DNA of 64,000 bases from positions 12,575 through 76,574 of the forward strand of contig JBBDSU010000057.1 of the NCBI GenBank assembly GCA_040904825.1, written 5' to 3'. Under the pieces are notes generated by a model. It saw only the letters and a program-made list of their open reading frames with translations, made no database searches and was not told the DNA's origin. Position 1 is the stretch's first letter; every line of letters starts with the position of its first letter. The translations under genes and the position numbers were made by a program. Shown piece after piece: positions 1 through 10,254 of this stretch. The stretch comes from Nitriliruptoraceae bacterium. GTDB taxonomy: Bacteria; Actinomycetota; Nitriliruptoria; Nitriliruptorales; Nitriliruptoraceae.

Positions 1-423
1 TGCCAGGACAAGCAGATGCGTGCCATCTGGGTCGGCACGGCCAACTTGAGAACGCTCAAGGCCCAGTGACAACTCTGCGCCAAACACGGTGCTGATCCCA
101 AGTTCACGTGCAGCTTCAGCGAAGCGCACCACTCCGTACATGCCATCATGATCGGTCAATGCGATGGTTTCGATCCCGAGCCGAGCCGCCTCCTCAACCA
201 ACGCCTCAGGCGACGACGCGCCATCAAGAAAACTGAAATTGGAGTGAACGTGCAGTTCGGCATAGTCCACTGACGGCGCAATTCGGCGCAGTGGCGGTGC
301 CTGATAGCGCTCACGACGCCGAGACCAGGCTGGTGCATCGTTGCCATCAGCGCCAGGCAGCGCCGTGCCGCGAAGGCCTGCTTCCAACTGTGACCACGGC
401 ACCCGAGGATTGCCCCAGCCCAT
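1..423 (-). CDS. dnaE2: Error-prone DNA polymerase III alpha subunit DnaE2, N-terminal 141 codons only (gene continues past the left window edge)
   Basis: Absent from the ORF track because it has no stop in the window. Hand translation of the minus strand from ATG at 423 gives MGWGNPRVPWSQLEAGLRG...SVDYAELHVHSNFSFLDGASSPEALVEEAARLGIETIALTDHDGMYGVVRFAEAA. This is the PHP-domain N-terminus typical of DnaE2. It lies directly downstream of imuA'-imuB, as in the canonical mutasome cassette. Confidence 0.85.
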   Translation of the reverse strand, partial: MGWGNPRVPWSQLEAGLRGTALPGADGNDAPAWSRRRERYQAPPLRRIAPSVDYAELHVHSNFSFLDGASSPEALVEEAARLGIETIALTDHDGMYGVVRFAEAARELGISTVFGAELSLGLERSQVGRADPDGTHLLVLA

Positions 424-492
424 CAGCCGACCACCGATGATGCGCCGTCGATGATCGCAGTCGAAGAAACCGTCGAGTGATACGGCAGCCGG

Positions 493-2103
493 TCAGTCAT
501 AGCTAGCTTCAATCTGCCAGCGACCGGCTTCCAATGACGCCAACAGTCCAGCGCCATCTTCGGTGAGCATCTGGAACCGCGCGCGTCGGCGACCTTGGAC
601 ATCCCACCAACGCTCATCGGCTGGCCATGGACCAGCCCAGGCGACCACCGCTCGCCATTGGCCGTCACAACATCGCACGCTGACAGGCGGAGCACTGACT
701 TCGCCACGTCCGGAAACGCTCACCGGATTGCCATGCCGATCAACCACTTCTGCGGCGGTTGGGTATGCCAGCACCGTGGCCGGCGCCGGCGACGGCAACC
801 GTGATGGCCAAGGACGCTCGTCGACAGCCGTTTTGCTCGCGGCAACGTCGCTCGCAGCAATGTCCCAGGGCACAGCCAGTACCCAGTCGGACGGATCCCG
901 GCCGCCGGAGACCGCCCCCACAAGCACGGCTTCCTGACCGAGCAACCCCTGAAGGCGAACAAGCGTCTGCACAACGTTGCGGTCGTCATCGCTGGTGGTA
1001 TCCAACAGCGAAACCTGCGCGCCGCCCTGCACAATTTCCAGTGGAGTGAGCGTCAATCGACTGATGCCTGCAGTGGGGCGTTGCACGCCTGCCGTGCCGT
1101 TGAGCCATCCGTCGAGTTGCCACCGCACCCGGTCTGTCAGTGCCGTCGCAGTGAACCCATCGGAGGCCCTCCAATGACGCTCGAGACGTTCCCCATGAGC
1201 AGTCTGTGCTTCAACAGCCACCAGCCGGCACCGCAACTGCTGACTGGCCAGCACCGTCAGCAATCGTTCAGCCAGTCCTCTGCCGGCAAACGCCACCGTG
1301 TCCAGGCGTTCAGCCGGAGGGTCGAGGTCGCTATGCACCAACAGATCCTCGGCCATCTCGACACGAACAACACCGGCATCACCCGCGCCACGTGCCAACT
1401 GGTGGGCCCAAATCCCTACATCGCCAAACCGGTCGGCAATGTGACGCAGAGGAAGATCTGCCAGCTGCCCCAACGTTGTGATACCCAGCTTCATCAGCAA
1501 GGCAACAAAATTGGCCAACCGTTGAGCACGTTCGCGGCCGACAGCCCCGCTGTCATCACCTTCTAGCCCTGCTGGCAGGACCGTGACAGGTTGCAGGGCA
1601 AGGAAGCGGTGGGTCTGATCGTCGTCAATAGCCAGACACCCGTCATCGGGTGGAGCGGCCCGAGCAGCCAGCAACGCAGCAAATCGGATCTCAGCGATGC
1701 CTATCCGGCAGGCTGGCCCCCAATCGATCAACGGATCGACGGTCTGCCGCAACTGTTCGGCAATAGCTGTCTGGCCACCCAACGCTCGGCTGGCTGTGTG
1801 CACATCGATCATGAACAAGCCTGGCCGTACTACTTCGGTGGCAGGCACGAGTCCGGCGACTTCAGCAACGACCGGGGTGAACATGCGCGCATCCCGGTCC
1901 GGATCATCGCCGAAGATCTCGATGCCACTGCACCGCGCTTCGGCTTCTCGTCGGCGTAACCCGGCGCGCACACCGGCCTGCCGAGCTGCGGCAGTTGCAG
2001 CCATGATCCGGCCATCACGAATGATGGCTGCCGGTTCTTCAGGAGTGAGCCCGGCAGCGGTCAGCGGCCAATCAGGGCTCCAGAGCGCCAGCTTGCGAGC
2101 CAT
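493..2103 (-). CDS. imuB: ImuB, Y-family DNA polymerase-like mutasome subunit
   Basis: 536-aa ORF starting MARKLALWSPDWPLTAAG..., a typical ImuB N-terminus. ATG at 2103 abuts the imuA' stop at 2105. Sits between imuA' and dnaE2. Confidence 0.8.
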   Translation of the reverse strand: MARKLALWSPDWPLTAAGLTPEEPAAIIRDGRIMAATAAARQAGVRAGLRRREAEARCSGIEIFGDDPDRDARMFTPVVAEVAGLVPATEVVRPGLFMIDVHTASRALGGQTAIAEQLRQTVDPLIDWGPACRIGIAEIRFAALLAARAAPPDDGCLAIDDDQTHRFLALQPVTVLPAGLEGDDSGAVGRERAQRLANFVALLMKLGITTLGQLADLPLRHIADRFGDVGIWAHQLARGAGDAGVVRVEMAEDLLVHSDLDPPAERLDTVAFAGRGLAERLLTVLASQQLRCRLVAVEAQTAHGERLERHWRASDGFTATALTDRVRWQLDGWLNGTAGVQRPTAGISRLTLTPLEIVQGGAQVSLLDTTSDDDRNVVQTLVRLQGLLGQEAVLVGAVSGGRDPSDWVLAVPWDIAASDVAASKTAVDERPWPSRLPSPAPATVLAYPTAAEVVDRHGNPVSVSGRGEVSAPPVSVRCCDGQWRAVVAWAGPWPADERWWDVQGRRRARFQMLTEDGAGLLASLEAGRWQIEASYD

Positions 2104-2104
2104 C

Positions 2105-2974
2105 TCAGCTCACTTTTCGCTGGGTTGCGGCTCCGTCCAGCCCCGTCGATACCAACGAGGTATCCGTCACCGCTAGAGAAGGCGACGCAGCAGCCATGGT
2201 CGCTTGCCCGACGGTGGGGTCAACATGACCGATGTTGCCGGGGAGCCACACGGTTGTCGTGTGACGGACTCCGCCACTCTTGCCAACGAGCTCAATCTTG
2301 AGACGACGCGCCTGCAAATAGCCGCTGCCGTCCTGCAGGCCTTCCCACTGCTGGGCAACGACGCGCAGATGCCAGCGGACTCCTTGAAAGTGGTGGTCGG
2401 CATGCCGATGCGCAGAGCTTTTATTGCCACCGGCAACGATGCCGCCGGGATGATGGACGACAAGCACGGTCGACTGTCGACGAGCGACTGCAGTCAGCTT
2501 GCGGGCAGTCGACGCAGTCACTGGCGAAGAAGGACACGCCACGACCACATCAAAGGCATCGAGGAGGGTCGCCACGATCTGAGCCCAGCGCTCACCGGGA
2601 TGAGGGATAAGCACCAGGCGCTCGAGATCCACCCCCGCTTCGCGAGCAGCTGCGAGCCCCAATCCAGGCAGACCTACGACAACACACCAGCAACGCTGGC
2701 GAGATGGCCTGGCAAGCATTGACAGCATCAACGAGGTCGACCCGGTTACAGCGATGGCCTCTCCCCGATACAGGCCCCCTTGCGGCAACAACCCGGCAAC
2801 CGGCTCGTCGATCTCCAGCACGTTGGCAGCCGACTCGCGCAGCAGATCACTGGCTGATATCCATGCCGTCTGGCTGCTGCGGGTCACCGCACGGGCCCGC
2901 GCCAACCTCTCATTCGCAACGACAACGCCGGTGGACGGCGAAGTGGGGGGCGGAGTGGGCGGAGTTGACATCAT
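2105..2974 (-). CDS. imuA: ImuA' (RecA/SulA-fold mutasome accessory protein)
   Basis: The ORF track extends to a TTG at 3007, but that extension reads through the LexA box. The tandem ATG ATG at 2974/2971 is the more likely start. Region GSTSLMLSMLARPSRQRCWCVVVGLPGLGLAAAREAGVDLERLVLIP resembles the ImuA'/RecA-like core. First gene of the cassette. Confidence 0.65.
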   Translation of the reverse strand: MMSTPPTPPPTSPSTGVVVANERLARARAVTRSSQTAWISASDLLRESAANVLEIDEPVAGLLPQGGLYRGEAIAVTGSTSLMLSMLARPSRQRCWCVVVGLPGLGLAAAREAGVDLERLVLIPHPGERWAQIVATLLDAFDVVVACPSSPVTASTARKLTAVARRQSTVLVVHHPGGIVAGGNKSSAHRHADHHFQGVRWHLRVVAQQWEGLQDGSGYLQARRLKIELVGKSGGVRHTTTVWLPGNIGHVDPTVGQATMAAASPSLAVTDTSLVSTGLDGAATQRKVS

Positions 2975-2982
2975 CGCGAGTA

Positions 2983-2998
2983 TCGAACATATGTTCGA
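2983..2998. promoter_or_regulatory. LexA operator (SOS box) TCGAAC-ATAT-GTTCGA
   Basis: Exact match to the mycobacterial/actinobacterial SOS-box consensus TCGAAC-N4-GTTCGA. It lies 9 nt upstream of the ATG at 2974 of imuA'. Confidence 0.8.
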
Positions 2999-3053
2999 AT
3001 TCGTCAAATGATGGTGTCACACGCTGGTCAGACCCGCGCTTTACACGATCTTG

Positions 3054-3734
3054 TCAGCGCAGCAGCACGGTGAACGTCACCTCGGCAACAACGCGATCAG
3101 CTTCGGCCAGTACCTGCGGTGTGGTCCCCCGTCGCATCACCGCGACAGTGAACAGTCCGGCTGCCACTGCCGACGCGACCCCCACCGGGGTGTCCTCTAC
3201 AGCTACGCAGGCATGCGGGCTCAGTGAAAGGCGACGGACCGCTTCGGCATAAGGATCAGGATGCGGCTTGGGACGTTCGGTATCGCCATGGGCCACCACT
3301 GCGGCGACCAGACCATTGACCTCGCCTTGTTCGAGGACTCGCAGCACATGTTCACGACTCGATGATGACGCCACTGCGATAGGGATCCCTGCGTCAGCGA
3401 CTGCTCGCATCGTGGCGATCGTGTCCGGATAGACCTCTAGGTGAGCGTCGGACAACTCTTGGAAACGTGCTCGCAACCGGTGGCGGAATTCGGCTGGATC
3501 GCCCAGATCAACTTTGTCGGTGAAATAGTCCCAGTTGTGTGGAAACGGATGGCCCGTGATGGTGATGAAATCGTGTTGGGTGGCTTGGTAACCGAACTCG
3601 GCTAATCGCTCACGCCACGCAATCTTCGAGAGCGTTTCGGTGTCTGCGATCGTGCCATCACAGTCGAACACGACACCGTCAGGAGCCGTACTCGTCGGCG
3701 GCACCGTGTCGACCGGAGTATCCATGTTCACCAT
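3054..3734 (-). CDS. HAD-superfamily hydrolase (subfamily IA, phosphatase/beta-phosphoglucomutase-like)
   Basis: Motif I VVFDCDGTIADTE. Distal motifs IAVASSSS and VAVEDTPVGVASAVAAG. Start overlaps the glnE stop. Confidence 0.8.
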   Translation of the reverse strand: MVNMDTPVDTVPPTSTAPDGVVFDCDGTIADTETLSKIAWRERLAEFGYQATQHDFITITGHPFPHNWDYFTDKVDLGDPAEFRHRLRARFQELSDAHLEVYPDTIATMRAVADAGIPIAVASSSSREHVLRVLEQGEVNGLVAAVVAHGDTERPKPHPDPYAEAVRRLSLSPHACVAVEDTPVGVASAVAAGLFTVAVMRRGTTPQVLAEADRVVAEVTFTVLLR

Positions 3735-6700
3735 GCGCGGGTGTCGATTGATGGCTCAATGCCGTAGAACACTCGCTCGCAAGCTTGCCGTACACGCCGT
3801 GCGTGGCGGCGCCAGTCATCCTCGAGCTGCTGCCAGCCGCCACGGCCATAGCCAAGGCTGCGTGCCAAGATCTCAAGCCGTTGTGGATTGTCGGGCATCA
3901 CATCGACGTCACGCTGTCGCAGCAAGTACAGGCGATTCCGCAGTTGGCTGGCGAAATGGTGGCCTTCCCGAAGCCATGTTGCGTCGCGATGAGTGATCAA
4001 TTCAGCGTCCTGCAACGCATCGAGTGCCTCCATCGTCGACGCTGAGCGCACCATCGGCTGCGAAGAGCCATGCCTCTGCTGGAGCAACTGCACCGTCCAT
4101 TCCACGTCCGACATGCCGCCGGGACCGAGCTTCAGATGCCGTTCGACCGGTACTCGTCGTGGGATTCGTTCCTTTTCCAGGCGCGCTTTCATTCGCCGCA
4201 TGGCAATTTCGCGTTCATGGAGGGAACCGACCTCAACGTCGTCCATGCCATAGGCGTAACGACGGGCCTGCTCAACGAAGCGGGCGCCCACCTCGCTGTC
4301 GCCGGCGGCATGACGGACCTTGATCAGCGCCTGGTGCTCCCACGCTTCAGCCCACCGTTCCCAGTAGGTCTCGTAGGACGCCAGCGAGCGGGACAACGGC
4401 CCTGACCGGCCTTCAGGACGCAAGTCGGCGTCGACATCGAAGGCGCTCCCGTCGGCTGTGATCGTCGACAGGGTCTTCATGACATTGCCCACGATCTCAA
4501 GCGCGAGAGCGGTCGCTTCCTTGGCGTCGGTACCGCTGCCGTCGACGACAGGTTCGTGTACGAAGAGCACGTCGAGGTCAGAGGCGTACTGCAGTTCGCG
4601 GCCGCCAAGTTTGCCCATGCCGATAATGGCAACCCGCACCGGCAGATCGGCAACATTGCCGACATTGTGACGACTGGCCGCAGCGTGGAGTTCGGAGGCC
4701 AGCGCTGCCTCGAGGCACGCCTCGGCAAGCGCCGTCAACTCTTCACCGAGGCCTCCAACGGTCGCCTCATCAGCCAGATCGCGCAAGATCATGCGCAGCA
4801 ACTCGGATCGTTTCAGTCGTCGCAGCGCTGCGGTGGTGTCCTGCCAGCTCAGGCGGCCCATAGCCATGCGCACCAATGCCTCGCGGGTGCGGCTGTCCGT
4901 GCGCTGCGATGGCTCACGAAGCCACTCCAAGCCTTGAGGCTGTTCAGCCAGCAGGTCGCCAGCGACAGGGCTCGTTCCCAGCACCAGCCCGAGCAGCTCG
5001 GCAGCATTGGGGTGATCACGCAGATAGCCGAGCAGTTCACTCGACTCGCTTTGGGCTTCCAGCAAGTTGCGAAAAGCCGCAAGTCCCTGGTCGGGGTCAG
5101 GGGTGTCTTGCAGGATATGCAGCACTGTGGGCAGCACTGCGCGGACCGTGCGCGCCTTGCGAGTGAGGCCCCCGGTCAGTGCTCTGACGTTGCGTAAGGC
5201 GGCCTGACCATCTCGGAATCCCAGGGCCTCGAACCGTTCACGTGCGGCGCTGTCGCCCATGGCCTTGACTTGACCGGGCACGCTGACTTCAGCGGCAGCC
5301 GCCGGCAGGCTTGCGTACGACTCAAGCAGGGGCCGGTAGAAGATCTTGGCATGCAGCGCACTGACTTGGCCTTGCGTGCGAGCCAGTGACTTCATGAACT
5401 GCTCACGGGCTGACGTATCGCCTTGCGGCCGGTAGCCCATCGCCCGTGCGAGCCACTCCTGACGTTTCGGATCGCTGGGAACGGTGTGCGTCCGCCGTTC
5501 ATGTGCCAACTGCAGCCGATGCTCGACCGTGCGCAACAGCCGGTATCCCTCAGCGAACTCGTCGGCGTCTTCCGGATCGACGTAGCCAGCGGCGACCAGC
5601 GCATCCAGAGCGGGCAATGTTCCCGTACGACGCAGAGAACGGTCGCCGCGACCATGAACGAGCTGCAACAACTGCACGGTGAACTCGATATCGCGCAAGC
5701 CACCTGGCCCGAGCTTGATTTGGCGTTCACCGTCACGCACCACTGCCGGCTGGGCTTCGATCCGGGCTTTCATCCCGCGGATCTCAGCCACGACCTCTGG
5801 ATCAAGCTGCTCGGGCCAGACGAACGGTTCGGCTGCGGTCAGGAGTGCATCACCTAGCTCATGATCACCGGCCACCGTGCGTGCCTTGATGAGCGCCTGA
5901 AACTCCCAGGTCTTGGCCCATCGTTCCCAGTAGGCGATGTAGGAGGCGACCGTCCGAGACAAAGGCCCCGAGCGACCTTCAGGGCGCAATGTGGGATCAA
6001 CCTCATAGGTGCGCCCCATAGTGGTCGACGCGTTGAGGACCTCCATCATCTTGGTGAACGTTGCACGGGCTTCTTCACCAGCCCGCTCGTCGTCTCCCAG
6101 AGGCTCGTGCACGAACATCACATCGACGTCGGACACGTAGTTCAATTCGATCCCACCTAGCTTGCCCATGCCGATGACCGCAAGCCGAGCAGCGGGCTTG
6201 TTGTCACCGACGATGTGGGCATGCACCCCTCGCAGGGCGCCGGTCAACACGCCTTCCGCCAGTGCGGCAAGCTCCGCCGCAACCGTCGCGACGTCGGCTT
6301 CGCCGGTCAGATCTCGCGACGCGATTGCCGCCGTGGCTGCTCGGCGAATGGCCGCCACACCCGCAGCTTGGGTGGTGGGGTCCACACTTGCCGCCACGGC
6401 TAACGCAACCTGATCAGCGACAATTGCCGACTCGATGCGCTCACCGTTGTCGAGCGCGACCAGCGCATCGGGCCATTGGGCAAGCAGATTCCCAAGCGGC
6501 TGCGAAGCACCTGCCACGGCGACGACTTTGCTCAGCCAGTCCTTATCACCGACGAGCGCCAAAAACACGCTTGGGTGGTCACGTGCCAGGCTCGCCATGC
6601 ATCGCAGCGCATCCTGAGGATCTGTCGCCTCAGAGACCGCCGCCACGATCTGCTTTCCAGGAGGCTCGGGGTCGTTCGTCTTTGTGGCATCGCTGGCACT

Positions 6701-6868
6701 GTGTTGCATTGGCGCCCGAGAACCTGCACTGGCATGGCTCTGGAACGCTGGCCAGTCGACCCACTGATCGTCGACAACAAGTCCACCACTGGTCAGCTCG
6801 GCCAAGGCTCGGTCATGTTCAAGGCCTGCACTGGCCAGCGCTGCCCGTAGTGACGGACGTCGGGTCAC
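3728..6868 (-). CDS. glnE: Bifunctional glutamine synthetase adenylyltransferase / adenylyl-removing enzyme
   Basis: 1046 aa with two repeated nucleotidyltransferase modules (GMGKLGGIELNYVSDVDVMFV and GMGKLGGRELQYASDLDVLFV) plus repeated GlnE helical domains. GTGA overlap with the glnA2 stop. Confidence 0.92.
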   Translation of the reverse strand: MTRRPSLRAALASAGLEHDRALAELTSGGLVVDDQWVDWPAFQSHASAGSRAPMQHSASDATKTNDPEPPGKQIVAAVSEATDPQDALRCMASLARDHPSVFLALVGDKDWLSKVVAVAGASQPLGNLLAQWPDALVALDNGERIESAIVADQVALAVAASVDPTTQAAGVAAIRRAATAAIASRDLTGEADVATVAAELAALAEGVLTGALRGVHAHIVGDNKPAARLAVIGMGKLGGIELNYVSDVDVMFVHEPLGDDERAGEEARATFTKMMEVLNASTTMGRTYEVDPTLRPEGRSGPLSRTVASYIAYWERWAKTWEFQALIKARTVAGDHELGDALLTAAEPFVWPEQLDPEVVAEIRGMKARIEAQPAVVRDGERQIKLGPGGLRDIEFTVQLLQLVHGRGDRSLRRTGTLPALDALVAAGYVDPEDADEFAEGYRLLRTVEHRLQLAHERRTHTVPSDPKRQEWLARAMGYRPQGDTSAREQFMKSLARTQGQVSALHAKIFYRPLLESYASLPAAAAEVSVPGQVKAMGDSAARERFEALGFRDGQAALRNVRALTGGLTRKARTVRAVLPTVLHILQDTPDPDQGLAAFRNLLEAQSESSELLGYLRDHPNAAELLGLVLGTSPVAGDLLAEQPQGLEWLREPSQRTDSRTREALVRMAMGRLSWQDTTAALRRLKRSELLRMILRDLADEATVGGLGEELTALAEACLEAALASELHAAASRHNVGNVADLPVRVAIIGMGKLGGRELQYASDLDVLFVHEPVVDGSGTDAKEATALALEIVGNVMKTLSTITADGSAFDVDADLRPEGRSGPLSRSLASYETYWERWAEAWEHQALIKVRHAAGDSEVGARFVEQARRYAYGMDDVEVGSLHEREIAMRRMKARLEKERIPRRVPVERHLKLGPGGMSDVEWTVQLLQQRHGSSQPMVRSASTMEALDALQDAELITHRDATWLREGHHFASQLRNRLYLLRQRDVDVMPDNPQRLEILARSLGYGRGGWQQLEDDWRRHARRVRQACERVFYGIEPSIDTRAW

Positions 6869-8211
6869 AGCAGCGGGAGGTAACGCTCAATCTCGAAAGT
6901 GGTCACGTGAGCGGAGTACTCATCCCACTCGCGTCGCTTGTTCGCCAGGAAGTGGGCGAACAAGTGCTCGCCGAGTGTTTCGGCGACCAACTCCGAGTTT
7001 TCCATCAAGGCAACCGCTTCTCCGAGGCTGGCCGGAAGCCGGCGGACTCCGGCAGCAGCACGCTCGGCGGTGGTCATCTCGAAGGAATTGTCTTCGGACT
7101 CCGGAGGGAGCTCGTAACGCCCCTCAATGCCTTTCAATCCCGCTGAAAGCAGGATCGCAAACGCGAGATAGGGGTTGCATGCCGGATCGGGAGCGCGGTA
7201 CTCAATCCGCGTCGAAGCACCCTTGCGCGGCTTGTACATCGGGATGCGCACCAGCGCCGATCGGTTTGAACGGCCCCAGGTCACGAACACTGGAGCTTCG
7301 CCGGATGGCAACGCACCATGCAATCGCGCTGTCAATCGCTTGTACGAGTTGACCCACTGGTTGGTGATCGCAGTGAACTCAGGAGCGTGTTCAAGCACAC
7401 CAGCGGTAAATGCACGGGCCGTTGCCGACAGCCGGTACGGATCAGATGAGTCATCGAAGGCGTTGGTGTCGCCTTCGAACAGCGACAGGTGCAGATGCAT
7501 GCCGCTGCCCCACTCTCCCTCGATGGGCTTGGGCATGAACGTCGCATAGATCCCACGCTGCAACGCGGTCTCTTTGACGACGAGCCGGAATGTCATGATG
7601 TTGTCGGCCATCGTCAGCGCATCGGCGTAGCGCAGGTCGATCTCGTGCTGAGACGGCGCGACTTCATGATGGGAGAACTCGACAGAAATGCCCATCCGCT
7701 CCAGCATGTTGATCGTCTGACGACGGAAATCCTGCTGCACATCCAACGGTGTCATATCGAAATATGAGCCGTTGTCCAACGGCGTGGTTGAGGTGGCATC
7801 TTCGAACAGGAAGAACTCCATCTCAGGATGAACGTAGAACGTGAACCCCATGTCGGCAGCGCGCTGAAGCGTTCTTTTGAGGACGTGGCGCGGGTCAGCT
7901 GCAAACGGCTGGCCATCGGGCGTCAGCACGTCGCAGAACATGCGGGCCACACCCTGAGATTCCGGGCGCCATGGCAACACCTGGAAGGTGCTGGCATCCG
8001 GCACGGCGAGCATGTCGGCTTCTTGCACACGGGCGAACCCGTCGATGGCAGAGCCATCGAATCCGATGCCCTCCGAGAAGGCGTTTTCAAGTTCGGAAGC
8101 TGTGATCGCCACGCTCTTGAGCAAACCCAGCACGTCGGTGAACCACAGGCGAATGAACCGCACATCGCGTTCTTCCACGGTGCGCAGCACGTACTCCTGC
8201 TGCTTGTCCAC
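6865..8211 (-). CDS. glnA2: Glutamine synthetase type I (GlnA2-like)
   Basis: Sequence VDKQQEYVLRTVEERDVRFIRLWFTDVLGLLKSVAI matches the mycobacterial GlnA2 N-terminus. GTG at 8211 is preceded by GAGGAGAGG. The ORF-track extension to 8316 is probably not translated. Confidence 0.9.
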   Translation of the reverse strand: MDKQQEYVLRTVEERDVRFIRLWFTDVLGLLKSVAITASELENAFSEGIGFDGSAIDGFARVQEADMLAVPDASTFQVLPWRPESQGVARMFCDVLTPDGQPFAADPRHVLKRTLQRAADMGFTFYVHPEMEFFLFEDATSTTPLDNGSYFDMTPLDVQQDFRRQTINMLERMGISVEFSHHEVAPSQHEIDLRYADALTMADNIMTFRLVVKETALQRGIYATFMPKPIEGEWGSGMHLHLSLFEGDTNAFDDSSDPYRLSATARAFTAGVLEHAPEFTAITNQWVNSYKRLTARLHGALPSGEAPVFVTWGRSNRSALVRIPMYKPRKGASTRIEYRAPDPACNPYLAFAILLSAGLKGIEGRYELPPESEDNSFEMTTAERAAAGVRRLPASLGEAVALMENSELVAETLGEHLFAHFLANKRREWDEYSAHVTTFEIERYLPLL

Positions 8212-8377
8212 TGCCCTCTCCTCGACGTTGTGGCTCGATGCTGTCGCGTGGCGATAGCTCAACCGGCTTGAGTGGTGTTCCGACCGTAGCGGACGATGAT
8301 CGGCGGGTAGCGTCATGTGGGCAAGGTCGCAGCAGCGGCCCAGCCCATGACATCAACAGATACCGGACGGCAGGCAC

Positions 8378-10108
8378 GTGACATTTCGTATTGCGTTGGC
8401 TCAAGTTGCAGCCAGGGTCGGCGACATCGATGGCAACACCAACATCATTCTCGACGCGTGGCGACGTGCAGCCGACATGGACTGCGATCTCGTTGTGTTC
8501 ACCGAATTGACGTTGACGGGTTACCCGCCCGAAGACCTGTTGCTCAAGCGCGAGTTCGTCGATGCCAACTTGGCAGCACTCAATCGGCTCGCAACAACCG
8601 GCCCGCACAACACCACAGCTATTGTCGGTTTCGTCGGACAGGGCGAGGGTGATGCGACCGATCCGGACCACTGGGACGTTGCGTTGGCAACCCGCGATCT
8701 CACCAACTCAGCGGCCGTGATGGCGCGCGGTGAGATTCTGGCGGTCTACGACAAACTCCGGCTCCCCAATTACGGCGTGTTCGACGAAGCACGCTATTTC
8801 GCCCCTCGCGACAACGTCTGTGTCGTTGATGTCAGCGGCGTGCCCGTTGGCATCACCATATGTGAGGATCTGTGGACTGAGCAAGGTCCCGTGCAGGCCG
8901 CTGCCTCTGCTGGCGCTCGAGTCATCGCCAACCTCAACGCGTCGCCATACCACCGCGGCAAGCGGGCCGATCGTCAACGGTGGGTTCGCCACCATGCCAC
9001 CGTTGGCAACACATGGGTGGCCTACTGCAACGTCGTCGGCGGCCAGGACGAAGTGGTCTTCGACGGCGACTCGATGTTGGCCGATCCCGATGGCCAGATC
9101 ATCGCGAGAGGTGCCCAGTTCAGTGAGGACCTCATCATCGCTGACATCGACGTGCTATCCGCTCGGCAGCCGGGACCGCCGAGCGCTCAATCGGCCGTCG
9201 CCACTGCAGTCCGGCCTGCGCTCCCGCCCCGCCGGGAGGAAGCCCGGCTGGACCCCATCGGTGAGGTGTGGCAAGCCTTGACCCGCGCAACGGCTGACTA
9301 CTGCCGCCACAACGGCTTCTCGGACGCGGTGGTAGGCCTGTCAGGTGGCATCGACTCGGCCGTGACTGCCGCGCTTGCCGTCGACGCACTGGGTGCCGAC
9401 CACGTGATGGGGGTGGCGATGCCCTCGCCATATTCGTCGGCTCATTCGATCGACGATGCGCAGACGCTGGCCGACAACCTTGGCTGCCGCTATGAGGTGC
9501 TTCGCATCGATGCGATGCTGGCTGCCAGCGCCGCAAATCTCCAAGGTTTGGTGGCCACCGGGTTTGGCGACGGTTCGACAGCTGGCGTTGCCTACGAGAA
9601 TCTTCAATCACGTCTGCGCGGCGTGCTGGTCATGGCCCTGTCGAACGAACACGGATCGATTGTGCTGACGACCGGCAACAAGTCCGAGTACGCGGTCGGC
9701 TATGCGACGCTGTACGGCGATATGGCCGGCGGCTTCGCGCCCCTCAAGGATGTGCGGAAGCTGCTGGTCTACGACTTGGCTCGATGGCGAAACCGCGATC
9801 GGGTGGTAATTCCTCTCGCCTCGATCGACAAGCCGCCTTCGGCTGAGCTTCGACCGGGCCAGCTCGACCAAGACTCCCTTCCCGACTACGCGGTCCTTGA
9901 TGACCTCGTCACTGCCTACGTCGAAGAGGATCTCGGCATCGACGCCATCATCGCGCGCGGCCACGATGAAGCAACGGTGCGCCGCGTGGTCCAGATGATC
10001 GACCGGGCCGAGTACAAGCGCCGCCAATCCGCCCCCGGACCCAAGATCACCCAGCGGGCTTTCGGAAGAGATCGACGCGTGCCGATCACCAACGGTTGGC
10101 GCGGCTGA
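8378..10108 (+). CDS. nadE: Glutamine-dependent NAD+ synthetase (CN-hydrolase + NAD synthetase domains)
   Basis: 576 aa. N-terminal nitrilase-like domain (FRIALAQV..., ICEDLW). C-terminal ATP-PPase domain (VVGLSGGIDSAV). Confidence 0.9.
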   Translation: MTFRIALAQVAARVGDIDGNTNIILDAWRRAADMDCDLVVFTELTLTGYPPEDLLLKREFVDANLAALNRLATTGPHNTTAIVGFVGQGEGDATDPDHWDVALATRDLTNSAAVMARGEILAVYDKLRLPNYGVFDEARYFAPRDNVCVVDVSGVPVGITICEDLWTEQGPVQAAASAGARVIANLNASPYHRGKRADRQRWVRHHATVGNTWVAYCNVVGGQDEVVFDGDSMLADPDGQIIARGAQFSEDLIIADIDVLSARQPGPPSAQSAVATAVRPALPPRREEARLDPIGEVWQALTRATADYCRHNGFSDAVVGLSGGIDSAVTAALAVDALGADHVMGVAMPSPYSSAHSIDDAQTLADNLGCRYEVLRIDAMLAASAANLQGLVATGFGDGSTAGVAYENLQSRLRGVLVMALSNEHGSIVLTTGNKSEYAVGYATLYGDMAGGFAPLKDVRKLLVYDLARWRNRDRVVIPLASIDKPPSAELRPGQLDQDSLPDYAVLDDLVTAYVEEDLGIDAIIARGHDEATVRRVVQMIDRAEYKRRQSAPGPKITQRAFGRDRRVPITNGWRG

Positions 10109-10254
10109 CGAACCAGCCAACGCGGCGTCCTGTTGGGCGTGCATTGGCCACTGAGAACAGGCACACTTGCAGGGCACCTGATCGATAACCGCTGGACCCA
10201 TCATGTCGCAGCCACCATCCCGGTGGCCGGCGGGCCGGCAGGAGGAGTTCGAAG

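Noticed and set aside
6262-7146. 294-aa plus-strand ORF across the glnE/glnA2 junction
   Set aside because: It is antisense to two strongly supported genes, with a Pro/Arg-rich translation.
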